This document shows, one piece after another, positions 28,600 to 41,500 of a DNA stretch of 64,000 nt. Every line of letters begins with the position of its first letter. Positions within the stretch are counted from its first letter, which is position 1. The notes beneath the pieces were generated by a model. The model was given only the letters and a program-made list of their open reading frames with translations, was not told the origin of the DNA and did no database searches. The translations under genes and the position numbers were made by a program. This DNA is from the human T2T-CHM13v2.0 reference genome, Homo sapiens, in the NCBI RefSeq assembly GCF_009914755.1, contig NC_060933.1; one strand, given 5' to 3'.

Positions 28600-31500
28600 G
28601 AATCAATGCGAGTGGAGGGGAATGGAATGGAATGGAATGCAATGGAATGGAATCTTCCGGAATGGAATGGAATGGAATGGAATGGAATGAAATGCAATGG
28701 ATTCAACTCGATTGCAATGGAATGGAATAGAATGGAATGGAATGGAATGGAATGGAATTAACCCGAATAGAATGGAATGGAATGGAATGGAACGGAATGC
28801 AATGGAATGGAATGGAATGGAATGGTATGGAATGGAATGGAATGGTACGGAATAGAATGGAATGGAACGAATTGTAATGGAATGGAATTGAATGGAATGG
28901 AATGGAATGGAATGGAATCAACGCGAGTGCAGGGGAATGTAATGGAACGGAATGCAATGGAATGGAATCATCCGGAATGGAATGGAATGGAATGGAATGG
29001 AATGGAATGGAATGGAATGGAATAAACCCGAGTGAAATGGAATGGAGTGGAAAGGAATGGAATGGAATGGAACAACCCCAATGGAATGGAATGTAATGGA
29101 GAGTAAGGGAGTTGAATAGAATCAATCAGAATGTAATGTAATGGAATGCAACGGAATGGAATGGAATGGAATGGAATGGAATGGAATCAACCCGAGTGGA
29201 ATGGCATGGAATGGAATGCAATGGAATGGAATAAAATGGAATCAACTCGAGTGGAAAGGAATGGAATGGAATGGTAAGGAATGGAATGAAATCAACTCGA
29301 GTGGAATGGAATGGAATGGAATGGATTGGAATGGATTGCAATGGAATGAAATGGAATGGAATGGAATGGAATCAATCATTCCGAGTGGAATGGAAGGGAA
29401 TGTAATTGAGTGGAAAGAAGGGAATGGAATCAACCCGATTGGAATGCAAGGCAATGGAATGGAATGGAAAGGAATGGAATGGAATCAACTCGATTGCAAT
29501 GGAATGGAATGGAATGGAATGGAAAGGAATGGAATAGAATTAACCGGAATAGAATGGAATGCAATGGAATGGAACGGAATGGAATGGAATGGAAGGGAAT
29601 GGAATCAACACGAGTGCAGGGGAATGGAATGGAATGGAATGCAATGGAATGGAATCATCCGGAATGAAATGGAATGGAATGCAATCAACTCCATTGCAAT
29701 GGAATGGAATGGAATGGAATGGAATAGAATGGAATGGAATTAACCCGAATAGAATAGAATGCAATAGAATGGAATGGAACGGAACCCAATGGAGTGGAAT
29801 GGAATGGAATGGAATCAACCTGAGTGCAGGGGAATGGAATGGAATGGAATGCAATGGAATGGAATCATCCGGAATGGAATGGAATGGAATGGAATGGAAT
29901 CAAACCGAGTGCAATGGAATGGAGTGAAATGGAATGGAATGGAATGGAAACAACCAGAATGGATTGGAATATAATGGAGTGTAAGAGAATTGCATAGAAT
30001 CAATCTGAATGTAATGAAATGGAATGGAACGGAATGGAATGGAATGGAATGGAATCGAATGGAATGGAATGGAATGGAATCAACCGGAGTGCAATGGAAT
30101 GGATTCGAATGGAATGGAATGGAGTGGAATGGATTCAACCCGAATGGAGTGGAAAGGAATGGAATCAACCCGAGTGGAATGGCATGGAATGGAATGGAAT
30201 GGAATGGAATGGAATGGAATGGAATGGTTCAGAATAGAATGGATTGGAACAAAATGGAATGGAATGGAATGGAATGGAATGGAATGGAATGGAATAGAAT
30301 GGAATGGAATCAAGTCGATTGCAATGGAATGGAATGGAATGGAATAGAATTGAATGGAATCAAGTCGATTGCAATGGAATGGAATGGAATGGAATGGAAC
30401 GGATTGGAATGGAATGGAATGGAATGGAATGGAATGGAATTAAATGGAATGGAATGGAATGGAATCAACCCGATTTCAGGGGAATGGAATGGAATGGAAT
30501 GCAATGGAATGGAATGGAATGGAATGGAATCAACCCGAGTGGAATGGCATGGAATGGAATGCAATGGAATGGAATGGAATGGAATCAACTCGAGTGGAAA
30601 GGAATGGAATGGAATGGAAAGGAATGGAATGAAATCAACTCGAGTGGAATGGAATGGAATGGAATGGATTGGAATGGATTGCAATGGAATGAAATGGAAT
30701 GGAATGGAAAGGAATGGAATGGAATGGAATGGAATGGAATCAACCCGAGTGGAATGGCATGGAATGGAATGCAATGGAATGGAATGGAATGGAATGGAAT
30801 CAACTCGAGTGGAAAGGAATGGAATAGAATGGAAAGGAATGGAATGAAATCAACTCGAGTGGAATGGAATGGAATGGAATGGATTGGAATGGATTGCAAT
30901 GGAATGAAATGGAATGGAATGGAATGGAATCAATCATTCCGAGTGGAATGGAAGGGAATATAATGGAGTGGAAAGAAGGGAATGGAATCAACCCGAGTGG
31001 AATGCAAGGCAATGGAATGGAATGGAAAGGAATGGAAACGAATCAACTCGATTGCAATGGAATGGAATTCCATGGAATTTAATGGAATGGAATGGAAAGG
31101 AATGGAATGGAATGAAATGGAATGGAATGGAATGAAATGGAATGGAATGGAATGCAATGGAATGGAATCAACCAGAGTGCAATCAAATGGAATCGAATGG
31201 AATGGAATGCAATGGAATGGATTCAACTTGAATGGAATGGAAAGAATGGAATCAACACGCGTGGAATGGCATGGATTGGAATGGAATGGAATGGAATCAA
31301 CCTGAGTACAGGGGAATGGAATGGAATGGAATGCAATGGAATGGAATCATCCGTATTGGAATGGAAAGGAATGGAATGGAATGGAATGGAATGGAATGGA
31401 ATGGAATGGAATCAACTCGATTGCAATCGAATGGAATGGAATGGAATTAACCCGAATAGAATGGAATGGAATGGAATGGAACGGAACGGAAAGGAACGGA

Positions 31501-32900
31501 ATGGAATGGAATGGAATGGAACGGAAAGGAATGGAATGGAATGGAATGGAATGGAATGGAATGGAATGGAATGGAATGGAATCAACGCGAGTGCAGGGGA
31601 ATGGAATGTAATGGAATGCAATGGAATGGAATCTTCCGGAATGGAATGGAATGAAATTGAATAAACCCGAGTGCAATGGAATGGAGTGCAATGGAATGGA
31701 ATGGAATGGAACAACCCGAATGGAATCGAATGTAATGGAGAGTAAGGGAGTTGAATAGAATCAATCCGAATGTAATGGAATGGAATGGAATGGAACGGAA
31801 TGGAATGGAATGGAATGGAATGGAATGCAATGGAATGGAATCAACCCGAGTACAATGGAATGGAATGGAATGGAAAGGAATGGAATGGAATGGAATGGAA
31901 TGGAGTGGAATGGAATGGAATGGAATCAACCCGAGTGCAATGGAATGGAGTGAAATGGAATGGAATGGAATGGAAACAACCAGAATGGATTGGAATATAA
32001 CGGAGTGTAAGGGAATTGAATAGAATCAATCTGAATGTAATGAAATGCAATGGAACGGAATGGAATGTAATGGAATGGAATGGAATGGAAAGCAATGTAA
32101 TGGAATCAACCCGAGTGCAATCGAATGGAATCGAATGGAATGGAATGCAATGGAATGGATTCAACTTGAATGGAAAGTAAAGAATGGAATCAACGCGAGT
32201 GGAATGGCATGGATTGGAATGGAATGGAATGGAATCAACCCGAGTACAGGGGAATGGAATGGAATGGAATGCAATGGAATGGAATCATCCGTAATGGAAT
32301 GGAAAGGAATGGAATGGAATGGAATGGAATGGAATGGAATGGAAGGGAATGGAAACAACTCGATTGCAAACGAATGGAATGGAATGGAATAAACCCGAAT
32401 AGAATGGAATGGAATGAAACGGAACGGAACGCAATGGAATGGAATGGAATTTAATGGAACGGAAAGGAATGGAATGGAAAGGAATGGAATGGAATGGAAT
32501 CAACTCGAGTGCAGGGGAATGGAATGGAATCGAATGGAATGGAATGGAATGGAATGGAATCAACCCGAGTGCAGGGGAATGTAATGGAACGGAATGCAAT
32601 GGAATGGAATCATCCGAAATGGAATGGAATGGAATGGAATGGAATGAACCCGAGTGCAATGGAATGGAGTGGAATAGAATGGAATGGAATGGAACAACCC
32701 GAATGGAATGGAATGTAATGGAGAGTAAGGGAGTTGAAAAGAATCAATCCGAATGTAATGGAATGGAATGGAACGGAATGGAATGGAATGGAATGGAATG
32801 GAATGGAATGGAATGGAATGCAATGGAATGGAATCAACCCGAGTACAATGGAATGGAATGGAATGGAATGGAATGGAATGGAATGGAATGCAATGGAATG
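28600..32900 (+). repeat. ~4.3-kb block duplicated at 20225-24440 (copy 2)
   Basis: Same markers as copy 1, plus an extra 50-bp internal duplication (CAAGTCGATT at 30311 and 30361) and scattered substitutions. Confidence 0.88.
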
Positions 32901-35529
32901 GAATCTTCCGGAATGGAATGGAATGCAATGGAATGGAATGGAATGCAATGGATTCAACTCGATTGCAATGGAATGGAATAGAATGGAATGGAATGGAATG
33001 GAATGGAATTAAACCGAATAGAATGGAATGGAATGGAATGGAACGGAACGGAACGGAACGGAGTGGAATGGAATGGAATGGAATTGTATGGAATGGAATG
33101 CAATGGTACGGAATAGAATGGAATGGAAAGAATTGGAATGGAATGGAATCGAATGGAATGGAATGGAATGGAATGGAATCAACCCGAGTGTAGGGGAATG
33201 TAATGGAACGGAATGCAATGGAATGGAATCATCCGGAATGGAATGGAAAGGAATGGAATGGAATGGAATGGAATGGAATCAACTCGATTGCAATCGAATT
33301 GAATGGAATGGAATTAACCCGAATAGAATGGAATGGAATGGAATGGAATGGAACGGAACGGAATGGAATGGAATGGAATGGAATGGAACGGAAAGGAAGG
33401 GAATGGAATGGAATAGAATGGAATGGAATGGAATCAACGCGAGTGCAGGGGAATGGAATGGAATGGAATGCAATGGAATGGAATCTTCCGGAATGGAATG
33501 GAATGGAATGGAATGGAATGGAATGGAATCAACCCGAGTGCAATGGAATGGAGTGGAATGGAATGGAATGGAATGGAACAACCCGAATGGAATGGAATGT
33601 AATGGAGAGTAAGGGAGTTGAATAGAATCAATGCGAATGTAATGGAATGGAATGGAACGGAATGGAATGGAATGGAATGGAATGGAATGGAATGCAATGG
33701 AATGGAATCAACCCGAGTGCAATCGAATGGAATCGAATGGAATGGAATGCAATAGAATGGATTCAACTTGAATGGAATGGAAAGAATAGAATCAACACGA
33801 GTGGAATGGCATGGATTGGAATGGAATGGAATGGAATCAACCCGAGTACAGGGGAATGGAATGGAATGGAATGCAATGGAATGGAATCATCCGTAATGGA
33901 ATGGATAGGAATGGAATGGAATGGAATGGAATGGAATGGAATGGAATGGAATCAACTAGATTGCAATCGAATGGAATGGAATGGAATTAACCCGAATAGA
34001 ATGGAATGGAATGGAATGGAACGGAATGGAATGGAATGGAATGGAATGGAATGGAACGGAATGGAATGGAATGGAATGGAATGGAATGGAATGGAATGGA
34101 ATCAACGCGAGTGCAGGGGAATGGAATGGAATGGAATGCAATGGAATGGAATCTTCCGGAATGGAATGGAATGGAATGGAATGGAATGAAATGCAATGGA
34201 TTCAACTCTATTGCAATGGAATGGAATAGAATGGAATGGAATGGAATGGAATGGAATTAATCCGAATAGAATGGAATGGTATGCAATGGAACGGAATGGA
34301 ACGGAATGGAATGGAATGGAATGGAATGGAATGGAATGGTATGGAATCGAATGGAATGGTACGGAATAGAATGGAATGGAACGAATTGTAATGGAATGGA
34401 ATTGAATGGAATGGAATGGAATGGAATGGAATCAACGCGAGAGCACGGGAATGTAATGGAACGGAATGCAATGGAATGGAATCATCCGGAATGCAATGGA
34501 ATGGAATGGAATGGAATGGAATCAACCCGAGTGCAATGGAATGGAGTGGAATGGAATGGAATGGAATGGAACAACCCGAATGGAATGGAATGGAATGGAG
34601 AGTAAGGGAGTTGAATAGAATCAATCCGAATGTAATGTAATGGAATGGAACGGAATGGAATTGAATGGAATGCAATGGAATGGAATGGAATGGAATGGAA
34701 TGGAGTGGAATGCAATGGAATGGAATCAACCCGAGTGCAATCGAATGGAATCGAATGGAATGGAATGCAATGGAATGGATTCAACTTGAATGGAATGGAA
34801 AGAATGGAATCAACACGAGTGGAATGGCATCGATTGGAATGGAATGGAATGGAATCTACCCGAGTACAAGGGAATGGAATGGAATGGAATGCAATGGAAT
34901 GGAATCATCCGTAATGGAATGGAAAGGAATGGAATGGAATGGAATGGAATGGAATGGAATGGAATGGAATCAACTCGATTGCAATCGAATGGAATGGAAT
35001 GGAATGGAATGGAATGGAACAACCCGAATGGAATGGAATGTAATGGAGAGTAAGGGAGTTGAATAGAATCAATCCGAATGTAATGGAATGGAATGGAACG
35101 GAATGGAATTGAATGGAATGGAATGGAATGCAATGGAATGGAATCAACCCGAGAGCTATGGAATGGAGAGGAATGGAATGGAATGCAATGGAAACTACCC
35201 GAATGGAATGGAATGTAATGGAGTGTAAGGGAATTGAATAGAATCAATCCGAATGTAACGGAATGGAATGGAACGGAATGTAATGGAATGGAATGGAATG
35301 GAATGGAATGGAATGGAATCAACTCGATTGCAATCAAATGGAATGGAATGGAATTAACCCGAATAGAATGGAATGGAATGGTATGGAACGGAACGGAATG
35401 GAATGGAATGGAATGGAATGGAATGGAATGGAATGGAAGGGAAAGGAAGGGAATGGAATGGAATAGAATGGAATGGAATGGAATCAACGCGAGTGCAGGG
35501 GAATGGAATGGAATGGAATGCAATGGAAT

Positions 35530-35544
35530 GGAATATTCCGGAAT
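35530..35544. promoter_or_regulatory. Heat-shock element match containing a perfect 10-bp palindrome ATTCCGGAAT
   Basis: ggaat-attcc-ggaat: the middle pentamer is the exact reverse complement of GGAAT. Confidence 0.5.
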
Positions 35545-38500
35545 GGAATGGAATTGAATGGAATGGAATGGAATCAACCCGAGTGCAATGGAATGGAGTG
35601 GAATGGAATGGAATGGAATGGAACAACCCAAATGGAATTTAATGTAATGGAGAATAAGGGAGTTGAATAGAATCAACCCGAAAGTAATGGAATGGAATGG
35701 AACGGAATGGAATTGAATGGAATGGAATGGAATGCAATGGAATGGAATCAACCCGAGTGCAATCTAATGGAATCGAATGGAATGGAATGCAATGGAATGG
35801 ATTCAACTTGAATGGAATGGAAAGAATGGAATCAACACGAGTGGAATGGCATGGATTGGAATGGAATGGAATGGAATCAACCCGAGTACAGGGGAATGGA
35901 ATGGAATGGAATGCAATGGAATGGAATCATCCGTAATGCAATGGAAAGGAATGGAATGGAATGGAATGGAATGGAATGGAATGGAATGGAATCAACTCGA
36001 TTGCAATCGAATGGAATGGAATGGAATTAACCCGAATAGAATGGAATGGAATGGAATGGAACGGAACGGAATGGAATGGAATGGAATGGAATGGAATGGA
36101 ACGGAACGGAACGGAACGGAATGGAATGGAATGGAATGGAATGGAATCAACGCGAGTGCAGGGGAATGGAATGGAATGGAATGCAATGGAATGGAATCTT
36201 CCGGAATGGAATGGAATGGAATGGAATGGAATGAAATGCAATGGATTCAACTCGATTGCAATGGAATGGAATAGAACGGAATGGAATGGAATGGAATGGA
36301 ATGCAATGGTGTAGAATGGAATGGAATGGTACGGAATAGAATGGAATGGAATGAATTGTAATGGAATGGAATTGAATGGAATGGAATGGAATGGAATGGA
36401 ATCAACGCGAGTGCAGGGGAATGTAATGGAACGGAATGCAATGGAATGGAATCATCCGTAATGGAATGGAAAGGAATGGAATGGAATGGAATGGAATGGA
36501 ATGGAATGGAATGGAATCAACTCGATTGCAATCGAATGGAATGGAATGGAATTAACCCGAATAAAATGGAATGGAATGGAATGGAATGGAACGGAACGGA
36601 ATGGAATGGATTGGAATGGAATGGAACGGAAAGGAATGGAATGGAATGGAATGCAATGGAATGGAATCTTCCGGAATGGAATGGAATGGAATGGAATGGA
36701 ATAAACCCGAGTGCAATGGATTGGAGTGGAATGGAATGGAATGGAATGGAACAACCCGAATGGAATGGAATGTAATGCAGTGTAAGGGAGTTGAATAGAA
36801 TCAATCCGAATGTAATGGAATGGAATGGAAGGGAATGGAATGGAATGGAATGGAATGGAATGGAATGGAATGGAATGCAATGGAATGGAATCAACCCGAG
36901 TCCAATCGAATGGAATCGAATGGAATGGAATGCAATGGAATGGATTCAACTTGAATGGAATGGAAAGAATGGAATCAACACGAGTGGAATGGCATGGATT
37001 AGAATAGAATGGAATGGAATCAATCCGAGTACAGGGGCATGGAATGGAATGGAATGCAATTGAATGGAATCATCCGTAATGGAATGGAAAGGAATGGAAT
37101 GGAATGGAATGGAATGGAATGGAATGGAATGGAGTCAACTCGATTGCAATCGAATGGAATGGAATGGAATTAACCCGAATAGAATGGAATGGAATGGAAT
37201 GGAACGGAACGGAACGGAATGGAATGGAATGGAATGGAACGGAACGGAACGGAATGGAATGGAATGGAATGGAATGGAATGGAATGGAATCAACGCGAGT
37301 GCAGGGGAATGGAATGGAATGGAATGCATTGGAATGGAATCTTCCGGAATGGAATGGAATGGAATGGAATGGAATGGAATGGAATTAACCCGAATAGAAT
37401 GGAATGGAATGGAATGGAACGGAATGGAACGGAATGGAATGGAATGGAATGCAATGGAATGGTATGGAATGGAATGGAATGGTACGGAATAGAATGGAAT
37501 GGAACGAATTGTAATGGAATGGAATTGAATGGAATGGAATGGAATGGAATGGAATCAACGCGAGTGCAGGGGAATGTAATGGAACGGAATGCAATGGAAT
37601 GGAATCATCCGGAATGGAATGGAATGGAATGGAATGGAATGGAATGGAATCAACCCGAGTGCAATGGAATGGAGTGGAATGGAATGGAATGGAATGGAAC
37701 AACCCGAATAGAATGGAATGTAATGGAGAGTAAGGGAGTTGAATAGAATCAATCCGAATGTAATGGAATGGAATGCAACGGAATGGAATGGAATGGAATG
37801 GAATGGAATGCAATGGAATGGAATCAACCCGAGTACAATGGAATGGAATGGAATGGAATGGAATGGAATGGAATGGAATGCCTTCAAACCGAATGGAATG
37901 GAAAGGAATGGAACCAACACGAGTGGAATGGAATGGAATGGAATGGAATGGAATGGAATGATACGGAATAGAATGGAATGGAACAAAATGGAATGGAATG
38001 GAATGGAATGGAATGGAATGGAATGGAATGGAATGGAATCGTTCCGAGTGGAATAGGAGGGAATGTATTCGAGTGGAATGGAAAGGAATGGAAACAACCA
38101 GAGTGGAATGGAAGGGAATGGAATGGAATGGAAACTAATAGAATGGAATCAACCCGAGTGGAATGGAATGGAAAGGACTGGAATGGAAAGGAATGGAATG
38201 GAATGGAATGGAATGGAATGGAATGGAATGGAATCAACGCGAGTGCAGGGGAATGGAATAGAATCGAATGGAATGGAATGGAATGGAATCAACCCGAGTG
38301 CAGGGGAATGTAATGGAACGGAATGCAATGGAATGGAATCATCCGGAATGGAATGGAATGGAATGGAATGGAAACAACCCGAGTGCAATGGAATGGAGTG
38401 GAATGGAATGGAACGGAATGGAACAACCCGAATGGAATGGAATGTAATGGAGAGTAAGGGAGTTGAAAAGAATCAATCCGAATGAAATGGAATGGAATGG

Positions 38501-41500
38501 AACGGAATGGAATGGAATGGAATGGAATGGAATGGAATGGAATGGAATGCAATGGAATGGAATCAACCCGAGTACAATGGAATGGAATGGAATGGAATGG
38601 AATGCAATGGAATGGAATCTTCCGGAATGGAATGGAATGGAATGGAATGGAATGGAATGGAATGCAATGGATTCAACTCGATTGCAATGGAATGGAATAG
38701 AATGGAATGGAATGGAACGGAATGGAATTAAACCGAATAGAATGGAATGGAATGGAATGGAACGGAACGGAACGGAAAGGAACGGAACGGAACGGAACGG
38801 AGTGGAATGGAATGGAATGGAATTGTATGGAATGGAATGGAATGGTACGGAATAGAATGGAATGGAAAGAATTGGAATCGAATGGAATCGAATGGAATGG
38901 AATGGAATGGAATGGAATCAACCAGAGTGCAGGGGAATGTAATGGAACGGAATGCAATGGAATGGAATCATCCGGAATGGAATGGAATGGAATGGAATGG
39001 AATGGAATGGAATGGAATCAACCCGAGTGCAATGGAATGGAGTCGAATGGAATGGAATGGAATGGAAGAACCCGAATGGAATGTAATGTAATGGAGAGTA
39101 AGGGAGTTGAATATAATCAATCCGAATGTAATGGAATGGAACGGAATGGAATGGAATGGAATGGAACGGAATGGAATGGAATGCAATGGAATGGAATCAA
39201 CCCGAGTACAATGGAACGGAATGGAATGGAATGTAATGTAATGGAATGGAATGGAATGGAATGGAATGGAATGGAATCAACCCGAGTGCAATGGAATGGA
39301 GAGGAATGGAATGGAATGGAATGGAAACTACCCGAATGGAATGGAATGTAATGGAGTGTAAAGGAATTGAATAGAATCAATCCGAATGCAATGGAATGGA
39401 ATGGAATGGAACGGAATGGATTGGAATGGAATGGAATCAACCCGAGTGCAGGGGAATGGAATGGAATGGAATGCAATGGAATGGAATCATCCGGAATGGA
39501 ATGGAATGGAATGCAATGGAATGGAATGGAATGGAATCAACCCAAGTACAATGGAATGGAGTGAAATGGAATGGAATGGAATGGAAACAACCAGAATGGA
39601 TTGGAATATAATGGAGTGTAAGGGAATTGAATAGAATCAGTCTGAATGTAATGAAATGGAATGGAACGGAATGGAATGGAATGGAATGCAATGGAATGGA
39701 ATCAACCCGAGTGCAATCGAATGGAATCGAATGGAATGGAATGCAATGGAATGGATTCAACTTGAATGGAATGGAATGAATGGAATCAACACGACTGGAA
39801 TGGCATGGATTGGAATGGAATGGATTGGAATCAACCCGAGTACAGGGGAATGGAATGGAATGGAATGCAATGGAATGGAATCATCCGTAATGGAATGGAA
39901 AGGAATGGAATGGAATGGAATGGAATGGAATGGAATCAACTCGATTGCAATCGAATGGAATGGAATGGAATTAAACCGAATAGAATGGAATGGAATGGAA
40001 TGGAACGGAACGGAACGGAATGGAATGGAATGGAATGGAATGGAACGGAACGGAACGGAACGGAATGGAATGGAATGGAATGGAATGGAATCAACGCGAT
40101 TGCAGGGGAATGGAATGGAATGGAATGCAATGGAATGGAATCATCCGGAATGGAATGGAATGGAATGGAATGGAATGGAATGGAATGGAATCAACTCGAT
40201 TGCAATCGAATGGAATAGAATGGAATTAACCCGAATAGAATGGAATGGAATGGAACGGAACGGAATGGAATGGAATGGAATGGAATGGAATGGAATGGAA
40301 TGGAATCAACGTGAGTGCAGGGGAATGGAATGGAATGGAATGCAATGGAATGGAATCTTCCGGAATGGAATGGAATGGAATGAAATGCAATGGATTCAAC
40401 TCGATTGCAATGGAATGGAATAGAATGGAATGGAATGGAATGGAATGGAATGGAATGGAATGGAATGGAATTAACCCGAATAGAATGCAATGGAATGGAA
40501 TGGAACGGAATGGAACGGAATGGAATGGAATGGAATGGAATGGAATGGAATGGAATGGTATGGAATGGAATGGAATGGTACGGAATAGAATGGAATGGAA
40601 TGAATTGTAATGGAATGGAATGGAATGGAATGGAATGGAATGGAATGGAATCAACGCGAGTGCAGGGGAATGTAATGGAACGGAATGCAATGGAATGGAA
40701 TCATCCGGAATGGAATGGAATGGATTGGAATGGAATGGAATCAACCCAAGTGCAATGGAATGGAGTGGAATGGAATGGAATGGAATGGAACAACCCGAAT
40801 GGAATGGAATGTAATGGAGAGTAAGGGAGTTGAATAGAATCAATCCGAATGTAATGGAATGGAAAGGAACGGAATGGAATGGAATGGAACAACCCGAATG
40901 GAATGGAATGTAATGGAGAGTAAGGGAGTTGAATAGAATCAATCCGAATGTAATGGAATGGAATGGAACGGAATGGAATTGAATGGAATGGAATGGAATG
41001 CAATGGAATGGAATCAACCCGAGTGCTATGGAATGGAGTGGAATGGAATGGAATGGAATGGAACAACCCGAATGGAATGGAATGTAATGGAGAGTAAGGG
41101 AGTTGAATAGAATCAATCCGAATGTAATGGAATGGAATGCAACGGAATGGAATGGAATGGAATGGAATGGAATGCAATGGAATGGAATCAACCCGAGTAC
41201 AATGGAATGGAATGGAATGGAATGGAATGGAATGGAATGGAATGGAATGGAATGATACGGAATAGAATGGAATGGAATGGAATGGAATGGAATGGAATGG
41301 AATGGAATGGAATGGAATGGAATCGTTCCGAGTGGAATAGGAGGGAATGTATTCGAGTGGAATGGAAAGGAATGGAATCAACCAGAGTGGAATGGAAGGG
41401 AATGGAATGGAATGGAAACTAATAGAATGGAATCAACACGAGTGGAATGGAATGGAAAGGACTGGAATGGAATGGAATGGAATGGAATCAACTCGATTGT

